Shown here: piece by piece, positions 10,819 through 21,112 of the stretch
Layout of the letters: each line of letters starts with the position of its first letter
How positions within the stretch are numbered: position 1 is the stretch's first letter
Origin: Flavobacteriaceae bacterium
GTDB taxonomy: Bacteria; Bacteroidota; Bacteroidia; Flavobacteriales; Flavobacteriaceae
Length of the DNA: 64,000 bases
Assembly: GCA_041749595.1 (NCBI GenBank)
Contig: JBGTBA010000064.1
Span: forward strand, 242 to 64,241
Direction of reading: 5' to 3'
Notes under the pieces: generated by a model
What the model was told of the DNA's origin: nothing
Database searches by the model: none
The model's input: only the letters and a program-made list of their open reading frames with translations
Program-made: the position numbers and the translations under genes

Positions 10819-10853
10819 ATCCAAAGAATATCAAAGTCAAAGTTACGTTATGG

Positions 10854-11408
10854 CTAAAGGGTATGCCATTCCTTTTTTAGGATGCCGTAGCAACAGGTGT
10901 TTCTTTTAAAACCATCGAGCAAATAGATATTTTCACGTAGAATACCCTCCAACTTTGCGCCCAATTTTTCAACTGCTTTTCTGGAGCGTATGTTTCTCTC
11001 ATCTATCCGAAACTCTACTTTTTCAAAGGCCATTTCATAAAAGGCGTATTGCAGCATCAATGATTTCATCGCATAGTTAAGTCCGCTTCCCTGAAATTCC
11101 TTCCCGATCCAAGTAGAGCCGATTTCCAGAACCTTGTTGTTCCAGTCAATATTCATAAAACGCGTACTTCCTGCATATTTTTCAACCCTTTTGTCAAAAA
11201 CAATAAAGGGAACGGCAGATTTTTGCCCATACTTTTCTAGCGCAGCTTCCACATATTCTTTAAGAGAATCCGGGGTTTCTATATCCGATGGGGAATATTG
11301 GACCAACTTGTTTTCCGAGGCAACAGGGATCAGGTTATGGAAATTGGCTAAGTTTAGCCCAGAAAGCAGTACAGTGGCATTCTCCAAAGTTGGTATGGGG
11401 ATTTGCAT
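10854..11408 (-). CDS. GNAT family N-acetyltransferase (RimJ/RimL-like)
   Basis: EIGSTWI, NIRSRKAVEKLGAKLEG; likely start MQIPIP at 11408. Confidence 0.88.
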   Translation of the reverse strand: MQIPIPTLENATVLLSGLNLANFHNLIPVASENKLVQYSPSDIETPDSLKEYVEAALEKYGQKSAVPFIVFDKRVEKYAGSTRFMNIDWNNKVLEIGSTWIGKEFQGSGLNYAMKSLMLQYAFYEMAFEKVEFRIDERNIRSRKAVEKLGAKLEGILRENIYLLDGFKRNTCCYGILKKEWHTL

Positions 11409-11495
11409 GGCGCGGAAATATTTTTTACAAAAATCAAATATAACCAAAAGGTTGAATTGTATATCTATTGATTATTTTTACAAAAAATAGAATCG

Positions 11496-11918
11496 ATGGA
11501 CGAGCTAAGGGAAAAAATTTTGGCAATATGCAACGAAAACCGCAAAGGAACCCTGATGGAAACCCTAGAGATAGATTATGTTGAGGTTGGGGATAATTTT
11601 TTGGTGGGGCGTATGCCCGTAACACCCAAAGTGTACCAACCGGATGGGGTATTGCATGGAGGCGCAACGGTTGCGCTTGCGGAGAGTGTGGGCAGTGCGG
11701 CCTCCTATATCTTCTTGAATGCACAGGAATTTTTTATCCGCGGCATTGAAATTTCCGCCAACCACGTTAAAAGCGTCAGGGAAGGCTATGTTTTTGCAAA
11801 GGCCTCTCTATTGCATAAAGGACGTACTACCCAACTTTGGGAAATTAAGATCACGGATCAGGAAAACAATTTGATTTCCATTTGTAAACTTACGACCATT
11901 GCTTTATCCAAAAAATAA
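11496..11918 (+). CDS. menI: PaaI-family thioesterase, probable DHNA-CoA thioesterase
   Basis: QPDGVLHGGATVALAE hotdog motif; first gene of the men cluster. Confidence 0.8.
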   Translation: MDELREKILAICNENRKGTLMETLEIDYVEVGDNFLVGRMPVTPKVYQPDGVLHGGATVALAESVGSAASYIFLNAQEFFIRGIEISANHVKSVREGYVFAKASLLHKGRTTQLWEIKITDQENNLISICKLTTIALSKK

Positions 11919-11919
11919 T

Positions 11920-12978
11920 ATGTTGCAACGGTTTTGGGAAAAAATAGAGGACTTACATCAAAGGAAAATACCCTTTGTGGTGTACAGAAAACCCAATAAA
12001 AACAAATTGGTCTCCATGGCGCAACAAAGCAGGGATATTCATTATGTAAGGGATTTCACGGAAACGGGTTTTGTTTTTGCACCTTTTGACGGTAAGAAAC
12101 AAGCAATCCTTATCCGTCCGGATGAACTGCACCGGGTGGTTTACCCACCAAAGGAAAATAAGGGACCCGGGCCAAAAGGATTGCCCATTGTAGCACAGGA
12201 CCAGAAAACGTTTCATATCAACCTTGTAACAAAAGGCATTGCCGAAATAGATTTGGGAACGTTAAAGAAAGTTGTTCTTTCCCGAAAAACAGAGCATCCC
12301 TGCACTGAAAACCCCATTCAACTTTTTCAGAAACTTTTAGACACTTATTTTTCCGCCTTCTGTTACTTGTGGTACCACCCACGCATTGGTTTGTGGCTGG
12401 GAGCAACACCTGAGCTGTTGTTAAAGGCCAATGGGACCGGATTTACCACTGTGTCGTTGGCAGGGACCCAAAAATATGAGGGAAAACCACCGATATGGAA
12501 AAAAAAAGAATTAGAAGAACAGTCCCTGGTCACCAATTACATTTCCGAAGCACTTGCAACCAAAATCAAGGAATTTGAAATATCGGAATTGGAATCGATC
12601 AAAGCCGGAAACCTATGGCATTTGCGAACTTCTATTTCTGGCCGGACAGGAACCATACAGATTGGGGAATTGATAAAAATTTTGCATCCAACCCCGGCAG
12701 TTTGCGGCATTCCAAGAGTAGCTGCAAAAGAGTTCATTTTAAAAAACGAGAATTATGATAGGGAGTATTATACCGGATTTTTGGGAATGCTCAATTTTAA
12801 GGATAGTGAAAGCATAACGGAACTTTTTGTAAACCTTCGATGCATGCAGGTAAGAGATGAAAAGGGTATTATATACGTCGGGGGAGGGATAACCCAAGAA
12901 TCCATCCCGGAAAGTGAATGGCAGGAAACTATAGATAAAAGCAGTACCATGCTCAATATTCTTTTAAACCGGGATTAA
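11920..12978 (+). CDS. menF: Isochorismate synthase
   Basis: KKVVLSR, GATPE, SLAGT, LHPTPAVCG, VNLRC, YVGGGI. Confidence 0.9.
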   Translation: MLQRFWEKIEDLHQRKIPFVVYRKPNKNKLVSMAQQSRDIHYVRDFTETGFVFAPFDGKKQAILIRPDELHRVVYPPKENKGPGPKGLPIVAQDQKTFHINLVTKGIAEIDLGTLKKVVLSRKTEHPCTENPIQLFQKLLDTYFSAFCYLWYHPRIGLWLGATPELLLKANGTGFTTVSLAGTQKYEGKPPIWKKKELEEQSLVTNYISEALATKIKEFEISELESIKAGNLWHLRTSISGRTGTIQIGELIKILHPTPAVCGIPRVAAKEFILKNENYDREYYTGFLGMLNFKDSESITELFVNLRCMQVRDEKGIIYVGGGITQESIPESEWQETIDKSSTMLNILLNRD

Positions 12979-13031
12979 TTGGGCGGTAAGATTGGTTTAA
13001 GAATTTCTTCCGTCGTATTTTTGTGCCCTGT

Positions 13032-14783
13032 ATGAAGTATTCCAACATTCCATCGGCACAAACAGTGGTTTTGCACTGTAAGGAAAGAGGCATTAAAGAT
13101 ATTGTGATTTCTCCTGGTTCCAGGAACGCACCATTGATCATCGGCTTTTCGGAAGACCCCTTCTTTAAATGCTTCAGTATTGTAGATGAGCGTTGTGCCG
13201 CTTTTTTTGCCTTGGGCATGGCACAACAACAAAGGATCCCCGTGGCCTTGGTATGCACTTCCGGCAGTGCACTATTAAATTACTATCCGGCCATTGCGGA
13301 GGCTTTTTACAGCCATATCCCATTAGTGGTCATCTCTGCGGACAGGCCCAGTTATATGGTGGATATAGGAGATGGACAGGCCATACGGCAGGATTTTGTT
13401 TTTGAAAAACATATAGGTTATTCCGCAAATCTGGGACAAGACCTTGTACATGCCACGGAAAAGATGAAGATGTACGCCCCCCAACTATTCACGGAGAGCA
13501 CTGTTGAAATGGCCCAGGCCGTGGTTCAGGAACGCAATGATGCAGAGTTGTACAAAGCCTTTGGGACCGCCTATAACGAACATCTTCCCATACATATAAA
13601 CGTTCCTTTTGAGGAACCGCTCTACAGCACCATAAAAGAACCTTGCGTAGTTCCTGCCATTAAGCAAATCCCAAAAGAAAACAATCCGATAAAAAATATT
13701 GGGGCATTTGTTGATATTTGGAATTCCTCAAAAAGAAAGATGGTGCTCATAGGGGTAAATTATCCGAACGAAATTGAGAGGCGATTTTTGGAAACCTTGG
13801 CAAAAGATTTATCGGTCATTGTTTTTACAGAGACCCTATCCAACGTGCATCACCCCAGATTTTTCCCAAGTATAGACAGCATTATAGTTCCCATTGAAAA
13901 ATCGAAAGACCGAGATACACTTTTTAAAAAATTGCAACCAGAAGTATTGCTAACTTTTGGAGGTCTCATCGTATCAAAAAAAATAAAGGCTTTTTTGCGT
14001 CAATACAAACCAAAACACCATTGGCATGTTGGGGAAAATAGGGCAGACAATACTTTTTTTTCGCTAACGATGCATTTTAACCAGGACAAGAACACGTTTT
14101 TAAGTCACTTTTTGGAATATGCCATTCCTGTTAAAGGTTCTTTTTTTGACTTCTGGTCCAGTGCGAAAGGCAATTACGAAACGAGGCGGAATACATATAT
14201 GGGCGGTCTGCCTTTTTCGGACATGTCCGTCTTTGGTACAGTTACCCAAGGTATTCCAAAGAATTACCAATTGCATTTGGCCAACAGTTCAACGGTAAGG
14301 TACACACAATTATTCGATATGGATCCTTCGATCCGGGTTTTCTGTAATCGGGGAACCAGTGGCATTGAAGGAAGCACTTCCACGGCTCTGGGAGCAGCGG
14401 TCTATTCGGGGGAACCAACTTTGTTGCTTACAGGGGACCTTAGTTTTTTCTATGATAGTAATGGTTTATGGAACAATTATATACGACCCGATTTTAGGAT
14501 TATAGTGATCAATAATGGGGGCGGGGGAATTTTTAGGATATTGCCTGGAAAAGAAAGTACGGAAAATTTTGAAACCTATTTTGAAACCAAGCACAGCCTA
14601 AATGCTGCACAACTCTGTAAAATGTACGGTATTGATTATCAATTTGCCGATAACACGACGGATCTGAACACGGCCCTTACCCACTTTTATGCCACATCCG
14701 ATGTCCCCAAACTATTGGAAGTGAGAACGCCAAGATTATTGAACGATAAAATTTTGCTCGGTTATTTTGATTTTATATCTTAG
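13032..14783 (+). CDS. menD: SEPHCHC synthase
   Basis: ISPGSRNAPL, DERCAAF, CTSGSA, NRGTSGIEG, GDLSFFYD, NNGGGGIF. Confidence 0.96.
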   Translation: MKYSNIPSAQTVVLHCKERGIKDIVISPGSRNAPLIIGFSEDPFFKCFSIVDERCAAFFALGMAQQQRIPVALVCTSGSALLNYYPAIAEAFYSHIPLVVISADRPSYMVDIGDGQAIRQDFVFEKHIGYSANLGQDLVHATEKMKMYAPQLFTESTVEMAQAVVQERNDAELYKAFGTAYNEHLPIHINVPFEEPLYSTIKEPCVVPAIKQIPKENNPIKNIGAFVDIWNSSKRKMVLIGVNYPNEIERRFLETLAKDLSVIVFTETLSNVHHPRFFPSIDSIIVPIEKSKDRDTLFKKLQPEVLLTFGGLIVSKKIKAFLRQYKPKHHWHVGENRADNTFFSLTMHFNQDKNTFLSHFLEYAIPVKGSFFDFWSSAKGNYETRRNTYMGGLPFSDMSVFGTVTQGIPKNYQLHLANSSTVRYTQLFDMDPSIRVFCNRGTSGIEGSTSTALGAAVYSGEPTLLLTGDLSFFYDSNGLWNNYIRPDFRIIVINNGGGGIFRILPGKESTENFETYFETKHSLNAAQLCKMYGIDYQFADNTTDLNTALTHFYATSDVPKLLEVRTPRLLNDKILLGYFDFIS

Positions 14784-14822
14784 TTATATATTAACTATTT
14801 AAAATAAAGAACACTGACTATT

Positions 14823-15164
14823 ATGAGCAAACGTGATGAATTAATTGAAAAGTACGCCGCGGACATCCAAACTAAATTTGGTGAAAAAGCCGATTTGGCC
14901 CTACTTACGAAAGTTACTATTGGTTTGGGACCGTCAATCTACAATGCAGATTCTTGCAAGGTATCCGGAACAGATGGGAAAGAACTGGCAACTGTTAAGA
15001 ACAATTTTTTAATCAAAAAATTAGGATTAAAAGATGGTCCGCAACTTACGGAAGCCATTAACGCCGTCATAGCCAGATATGGGTCTTCTGAAAAGAGCAA
15101 GTACCGTGCAATAGTGTACTATTTCTTGGTAAAGCATTTTAAAAAGGAATCTGTTTATAAATAA
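14823..15164 (+). CDS. DUF2853 family protein
   Basis: GLGPSIYNAD, KNNFLIKKLG, KYRAIVYY. Confidence 0.85.
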   Translation: MSKRDELIEKYAADIQTKFGEKADLALLTKVTIGLGPSIYNADSCKVSGTDGKELATVKNNFLIKKLGLKDGPQLTEAINAVIARYGSSEKSKYRAIVYYFLVKHFKKESVYK

Positions 15165-15184
15165 AATGTGGTTAAAAAGCATGG

Positions 15185-15214
15185 AGCCGATCTTTTAAAG
15201 AGCGGCTTTTTTTT
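15185..15214 (+). terminator. Intrinsic terminator after DUF2853 gene
   Basis: agccgatcttt/aaagagcggct stem followed by a T run. Confidence 0.7.
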
Positions 15215-15230
15215 GTCGTTTTTTTAAACG

Positions 15231-15238
15231 TACTTTTG
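15231..15238 (+). promoter_or_regulatory. Bacteroidota primary-sigma -7 box (TAnnTTTG) for the CvfB gene
   Basis: TACTTTTG 4 nt upstream of the ATG. Similar boxes lie before menD, menC, the response regulator, the MscS gene, both DEAD helicases, the J-KTSC gene and pyrD. Confidence 0.6.
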
Positions 15239-15242
15239 CTAC

Positions 15243-16073
15243 ATGATAGAGTTAGGAAAATACAATACGCTGGAAATATTGAGGGATACCAGTGTTGGGC
15301 TTTTCTTGGGAGACGGGGAAGGCAATGATGTGCTGCTTCCCAATAAATACGTACCTGAAACATTCGAAATCGGCGATAAAATAAAAGTTTTTTGTTATTT
15401 GGACTATGACGAACGTCCCGTTGCCACATCTTTGACACCCTATATAACAGTAGATAGCTTTCAATTGCTACAGGTTGCCGAAGTGAATGATTTTGGGGCA
15501 TTTTTAGATTGGGGGCTGGAGAAGCATTTATTGGTGCCTTTCAGGGAACAAAGAGCCAAAATGATGGAAGGTCAATGGTATATTGTCTATTGTTATTTGG
15601 ATGGACAATCCAACAGACTGGTGGCATCAAATAAATTGGACAAGTTTTTAAGTAACGATATTTTAACCGTTAAAGCATTGGATGAGGTTGATTTAATAGT
15701 GACAAGAGAGACAGATCTGGGTTGGGAAGTTATCATAAACAGCAAACACAAAGGTCTTGTTTATTCCAATGAAATCTACAAAAAAATAGCGGTGGGAGAC
15801 AAAATGAACGGTTTTGTAAAACATATACGGACAGACAAAAAAATAGATGTTTCCTTACAGCCCATAGGCTATAAAAGTTTGGAACCTTCAGCAAATATTA
15901 TTTACGAAAAACTCGTATCAAAAAAAGGATTTCTTAACCTTCATGATAAATCCGATCCAGAGGACATAAAGAAAATATTTCAGATGAGTAAAAAGACGTT
16001 TAAAAAGGGAATTGGGGCTTTGTACAAAGAGCGGAAAATAGAGATTAAGGAAGACGGCATTTACCTTAAATAA
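15243..16073 (+). CDS. cvfB: CvfB-family S1 RNA-binding protein
   Basis: VLLPNKY, GAFLDWGLEKHLLVP and C-terminal winged helix (SKKTFKKGIGALYK). Confidence 0.88.
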   Translation: MIELGKYNTLEILRDTSVGLFLGDGEGNDVLLPNKYVPETFEIGDKIKVFCYLDYDERPVATSLTPYITVDSFQLLQVAEVNDFGAFLDWGLEKHLLVPFREQRAKMMEGQWYIVYCYLDGQSNRLVASNKLDKFLSNDILTVKALDEVDLIVTRETDLGWEVIINSKHKGLVYSNEIYKKIAVGDKMNGFVKHIRTDKKIDVSLQPIGYKSLEPSANIIYEKLVSKKGFLNLHDKSDPEDIKKIFQMSKKTFKKGIGALYKERKIEIKEDGIYLK

Positions 16074-16249
16074 AGCCGTGGCAAATTAAAATACACATAA
16101 TATAATGAATATCAATACAATATGATGAATAAAATAAAGATTTTATTTTATGGTATTTAGAAAACCGCTACTTTTGTATTTCATAAACCATAATTCAAAA
16201 ATTTTCATATAGCTTTAACATATAGGATTTCCTTAAAATACAAAAATAT

Positions 16250-16849
16250 ATGCCATTTATAGAAGAAAGCGACTTGCTGGAATTACACAAAGACATAGAT
16301 AAGGCCCAGATAATCAATGAGCGTCTTTTGGACCAGATTAAATTTAAGAACAAGGAGTTGAGGACAAGTAGGCTTCAACGCAATATCCTGGCCGGTGTAA
16401 CGGGACTTTTTTTAATTGGCGCTCTTGCTGTCATTTCTTTTACGGCCGGTCTGAGCAGATCCAATAATTACGAGAACAGGGATAATTTACTGGTTTCAAT
16501 AGATAGTTTGGATGCTATAAAGGCACGGATAAACAATCTTAAACAACAGAACGAGGAACTAAGTTTGGTGAAGGAATTTTATTTGGCAAAAAACTTTTTA
16601 GAAAAGGAAACTATTTATTCCGTTCAGGTAAAGTCCTTTGTTGATAATAATATGACCCTCTCCTCAGAGGCACTTACTAACACCCTCTTTGTAAAGACCA
16701 ATCCGTTCTATTCCTATTCCTTGGGAAATTTTGAAACCTTGGCGGAGGCCCAGTCCTTCAGGTACCAATTGGTTAAACTGGGCTTTGAAGATGCATTTGT
16801 AGCATCATACAAAGATGGTAAAAGAATAAAAATAGAAGACCCATATTAG
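16250..16849 (+). CDS. SPOR-domain membrane protein with coiled coils
   Basis: Coiled coil, TM helix, coiled coil, then SPOR-like YSVQV...YSLGNF...GFEDAFVASY. Confidence 0.7.
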   Translation: MPFIEESDLLELHKDIDKAQIINERLLDQIKFKNKELRTSRLQRNILAGVTGLFLIGALAVISFTAGLSRSNNYENRDNLLVSIDSLDAIKARINNLKQQNEELSLVKEFYLAKNFLEKETIYSVQVKSFVDNNMTLSSEALTNTLFVKTNPFYSYSLGNFETLAEAQSFRYQLVKLGFEDAFVASYKDGKRIKIEDPY

Positions 16850-16850
16850 T

Positions 16851-17759
16851 TTGTCCAAAATAGAGGCTTGGGTAAGTGCGTCCCGTCTTAGGACACTTCC
16901 GCTTTCCGTATCAGGCATAATTACCGGCACCTCCTTGGCCAATTCATACGGCCACCATAATAGTTTGATTTTTATTTTAGCCCTATTGACAACCGTTGGC
17001 TTTCAGATTACTTCCAATTTTGCAAATGACTATGGGGATGGTGTTAGGGGTACCGACAACCAGGAAAGGATTGGCCCAAAACGGGCTTATCAAAGCGGCA
17101 CACTGACCAAAAGGGAATTAAAAACGGGGATACTATGTTCCGTAGCCATAAATTTTATATGGCTATTGGCCTTGTTACAAGTTTCATTCGGAATGGAAAA
17201 TATTGCATACTTTCTGCTCTTTGGGTTTCTTGGAATTCTATGCATCTGGGCCGCCATTACATACACGATGGGAAATTTGGCATATGGGTACAAAGGGTTT
17301 GGCGATGTTTTTGTGTTCTTTTTTTTTGGATTGCTCGCTGTCTTGGGATCGATGTTCCTATACACAAAATCCTTTAATTTTATTGCGCTCCTTCCAGCTA
17401 CCACCATCGGTCTTTTATGTACCGGGGTCATCAATTTAAACAACTTAAGAGACCATCAATCCGATAAAAAATCCAATAAAAATACCATGGTCGTGAAAAT
17501 GGGATATGGGGCAGGGAAAAGATACCACACATTTCTTATGGCCGTATCTTTTTTAAGCCTTTTGGTTTATATAATCATTAGCTATAAAAATTATGCCAGC
17601 CTTCTTCCCCTGCTTACTTTTATCCCTGTTTTTTACCACTTAAAAAGAGTACGTAACACTAAAGATCCGTCTTTGCTGGATCCAGAACTAAAAAAACTGG
17701 CCTTAAGCACTTTTTTGTTGTCCATACTGTTTTACATTAGTCTTAATATTTTTTTGTAA
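16851..17759 (+). CDS. menA: DHNA polyprenyltransferase
   Basis: RLRTLPLS, NFANDYGD, NNLRD...D UbiA-family motifs; TTG start. Confidence 0.94.
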   Translation: MSKIEAWVSASRLRTLPLSVSGIITGTSLANSYGHHNSLIFILALLTTVGFQITSNFANDYGDGVRGTDNQERIGPKRAYQSGTLTKRELKTGILCSVAINFIWLLALLQVSFGMENIAYFLLFGFLGILCIWAAITYTMGNLAYGYKGFGDVFVFFFFGLLAVLGSMFLYTKSFNFIALLPATTIGLLCTGVINLNNLRDHQSDKKSNKNTMVVKMGYGAGKRYHTFLMAVSFLSLLVYIIISYKNYASLLPLLTFIPVFYHLKRVRNTKDPSLLDPELKKLALSTFLLSILFYISLNIFL

Positions 17760-17792
17760 ATTTGGAGAACTAACTGCCTAAACCAACTTATT

Positions 17793-18551
17793 TTGGAACA
17801 ACCTATAAGAATTCTTATCGTAGAGGACAATGTCATAATTGCCGATGACATGCAATCTATGTTGGAAGAAATCGGCTACGAGATAGTAGACAACGTAATT
17901 GTCTATGAGCAGGCAGAGGAAGTCCTTAAAACCAAACAAGTGGACCTTGTACTGATAGACATTATTCTTGCTTCGGCTAGGACAGGGATAGATCTGGGCA
18001 AACATATTAGGGAAAAATATAACATACCGTTCATTTTTGTAACTTCAAATTCGGATAGGGCAACCGTGGAAAACGCCAAAACGGTAAAGCCAAATGGATA
18101 TTTGGTAAAACCTTTTGAGCAGCAGGACCTGTACACATCCATTGAAATAGCACTTTCCAATTTTAATTATTTGGAAAAACCGGATGGCTCAGATGGCAAC
18201 GAACAATTTGGAAATGATAGGTTACTGTCAAATTCCATCTTAAAGGATTCTATTTTTGTAAAAAAACAGCATTTATACTATCGCATACAGTTTGAAGATA
18301 TCCAGTTCATTAAGGCCGATAACGTATATCTTGAGGTAAACACGGTAGATAAAAAATTTTTGGTGCGCTCACCATTGAAGGACTATCTGGAAAAACTGCC
18401 TTCCAAGAAATTTTACAGGGTACATAAATCCTACATTGTCAACGTGGACCATATAGGTGCCATAAACTCAAAGGATATCATGGTAAACAACACCCTTATC
18501 CCAATTTCAAAGGAATTTAAGGAGTTCATCATCTCCGCTATGAATTCATAG
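17793..18551 (+). CDS. LytTR-family response regulator
   Basis: Receiver (IVED, LIDI, YLVKPF) plus LytTR domain (FYRVHKSYIVN). Confidence 0.93.
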   Translation: MEQPIRILIVEDNVIIADDMQSMLEEIGYEIVDNVIVYEQAEEVLKTKQVDLVLIDIILASARTGIDLGKHIREKYNIPFIFVTSNSDRATVENAKTVKPNGYLVKPFEQQDLYTSIEIALSNFNYLEKPDGSDGNEQFGNDRLLSNSILKDSIFVKKQHLYYRIQFEDIQFIKADNVYLEVNTVDKKFLVRSPLKDYLEKLPSKKFYRVHKSYIVNVDHIGAINSKDIMVNNTLIPISKEFKEFIISAMNS

Positions 18552-18649
18552 CACCTGCCCGAACGTTATAGCTGAAACAGGGCTTTTTGGCCAGATTGGT
18601 TTGGATAAACATCGATTAGGGTACCGTTGGAACTTTTGGTTTATTTTTC

Positions 18650-18924
18650 ACAACAAAAAAAGATGTTTATACAACATAATTTTAATTACACGGATACTTA
18701 ATAATACATTTGGTGAGTAGTAAAATACGACCCCAAATCTTACCATTTATATAGTAGTGTTTATTTTGAAAAGGCTGTGCAATTATCTGTACGGCCTTTT
18801 CGGATAAAACCAACAGGGCATGATTTTTAGGATGTGCCGTTTTATGCCAAAAACATTGGTTGAGATAAGCCAATGTATTATGGATAAGCAAGGTTAGCCA
18901 ACAGATTAGGTTGACTTTACAACA
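18650..18924. promoter_or_regulatory. Two pairs of (A/C)CAACA direct repeats with 21-bp period: putative LytTR operators
   Basis: ACAACA at 18650 and 18671; CCAACA at 18898 and ACAACA at 18919. Confidence 0.5.
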
Positions 18925-19057
18925 AAAATTTAGCTGATATCTTAAATAGTGTTAAGTTTGGAGCTGTTGGGGTATAACCCATTGTTGGGGAACAATTATT
19001 TTTGCATGGTATAAATTGGAAAGGAAACAACGAAAAAAATTGTTTTCTATTTACGTT

Positions 19058-21019
19058 ATGAAAATAAAGATTTATAATATAATAAACACAGGTTTTGTTT
19101 TTTTGCTCCTGATGGGTTCGGCGACCGCCCAGGACACAGTAGCGGAAGATAACTTATTTCAGAAGTTTAAGAGCATCCCGAATGCGGAAGAAAGGTTCGT
19201 TTTTTTTTTTAGCACACCAAACCGTTACAAAGAAAATTCCGCCTATGATTGGTTGGATAATATAAATTTACACCTAAACAGCTCGCAAAAGAAAAAAGAT
19301 GTAATAGCGGAAGAACACTACAAACTAATGCAATCCCAAATTTATTATGACTTGGGCGACTATGACAAAAGTCTTGCAGTAGCGAATGAACTGTACAAAG
19401 AAAAACAGAAGCTTGGTTTTGACAACAAGAAAATCCTTTTGGATCTTATGGATCAGAACTATGCCCAATTGCAACTTTTCGATAAGGAACTCGATGTTCG
19501 AAAAGAGAAAAAAGAATTGGGAATAACTCAGAACATAGCCTTTTATGATATTTATTCCAATCTGGGACTCCATAGAAAAGCCATGGAGGACTATATTATG
19601 GAAACCAAAAAGACAGTTGGCGAAAATGACTTTTACGGGCTGGCACAATACCATAATAATGTAGGCAATTATCTTAGACTGGATAAATCCGTCTCCGTGG
19701 CATTGACAAAATATAAAGAGGCCAAAGGATATATAGACGTTTTTCTCAACGACATGACCAAAGTAAAATCGGAAATTGAAATTGTCAACGGCAACAATTT
19801 ACGGGGAATCATTGAGGGCAATATTGGGAGGTGCTATGTGCAGTTAAAACAGTTTGAGGAAGCCATACCATACTTGGATTCTGCCATAGCGACTATTAAT
19901 GAATACAGTGCGGGCAAATATTCATCGGATATTGTGGAATTTACATTGGAACTAACGGATTGTTATCTTCAAATGGGAAATTATAAAATGGCTCAAAACT
20001 TTCTGAGCAAGCCATTAAACCCCATAAAAACAGAAAACATTCTTAGAAAGAATAGATTATTGGCTTCCTATTATGACAAGACCAATGATTATAAAAACGA
20101 GGTAATCTACCTAAAAAGAAACGCCGCTATCCAGGACTCTGTGAACAATAACGAAGCATCTATTAAAAAGCAACAGTTAGCAGCGGTATTTGGACAGGAT
20201 TTGGCCAATACCAGATCGATGATAGGTGAGCAGAAACTGGCTCTTGAAAAATCAAGGAACGAAATGCAGGCCAAGGACGAACGCATTAACTTTGTGTTCA
20301 TTTCTTTGGTCTTTACCCTGCTGGGCTTTGCCGGAATGTTTTACGCATACCTTAGAAGTATTAAAACACAGCGCCTTATTGCCGAGCAAAAGCACATTAT
20401 AGAAAATTCGTTGGTGGAAAAAGATTCCTTGCTCAAGGAAATCCACCATCGAGTAAAGAACAATTTGCAAATGGTATCCAGTTTACTGAGCCTACAGACC
20501 AAGAACACCAAAAGCAAAGCGGCAATAGAAGCACTGGAAGAGGGTAAAAGCAGGGTAAAGGCCATGGCTTTGATCCATCAAAAATTATATCAGAACGATG
20601 ACCTTTCGGTGATTGAAATGCAAGGATATATTGAAAGTTTGATCAATAGTATCCAATCGGTCTACAAAAAAGGGGGACATAATATCAACATCACCATAGA
20701 TGCAGAGGGCGTGGAATTGGATATCGATAGGGCCATTCCTTTTGGATTAGTTCTTAATGAGCTGGTTTCCAATTCCTTTAAATATGCTTTTCCTGAAGAC
20801 GATGAAAACGGTAAAATTTATATCCATATCCGAAAAAACGGAGAACAGGGATTTTTTGAATACACCGATAATGGCGTTGGTTTGCCCGAAGATACGGATG
20901 AAAGGGCCAATGCTTCCATGGGTATTCGATTGATGAATAGACTGGTAAATCAATTGCAATCCACATTGAACATAGATAAAACGGCGGAAGGTGTTCGTTT
21001 TTGGTTCAATTTTAAATAA
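19058..21019 (+). CDS. Sensor histidine kinase (TPR-like extracytoplasmic region, HisKA_2, HATPase)
   Basis: Signal peptide, TPR-like helices, TM, EIHHRVKNNLQ, NELVSNSFKYAF, DNGVG. Confidence 0.92.
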   Translation: MKIKIYNIINTGFVFLLLMGSATAQDTVAEDNLFQKFKSIPNAEERFVFFFSTPNRYKENSAYDWLDNINLHLNSSQKKKDVIAEEHYKLMQSQIYYDLGDYDKSLAVANELYKEKQKLGFDNKKILLDLMDQNYAQLQLFDKELDVRKEKKELGITQNIAFYDIYSNLGLHRKAMEDYIMETKKTVGENDFYGLAQYHNNVGNYLRLDKSVSVALTKYKEAKGYIDVFLNDMTKVKSEIEIVNGNNLRGIIEGNIGRCYVQLKQFEEAIPYLDSAIATINEYSAGKYSSDIVEFTLELTDCYLQMGNYKMAQNFLSKPLNPIKTENILRKNRLLASYYDKTNDYKNEVIYLKRNAAIQDSVNNNEASIKKQQLAAVFGQDLANTRSMIGEQKLALEKSRNEMQAKDERINFVFISLVFTLLGFAGMFYAYLRSIKTQRLIAEQKHIIENSLVEKDSLLKEIHHRVKNNLQMVSSLLSLQTKNTKSKAAIEALEEGKSRVKAMALIHQKLYQNDDLSVIEMQGYIESLINSIQSVYKKGGHNINITIDAEGVELDIDRAIPFGLVLNELVSNSFKYAFPEDDENGKIYIHIRKNGEQGFFEYTDNGVGLPEDTDERANASMGIRLMNRLVNQLQSTLNIDKTAEGVRFWFNFK

Positions 21020-21112
21020 ATTTGTACACCCCAAAAGGGCATTTAACAAATAAAGATCACTGCCACCTCATCTAGATTAAAGGTGAGTTGGGTTCTTCTA
21101 ATATCTATTGTG

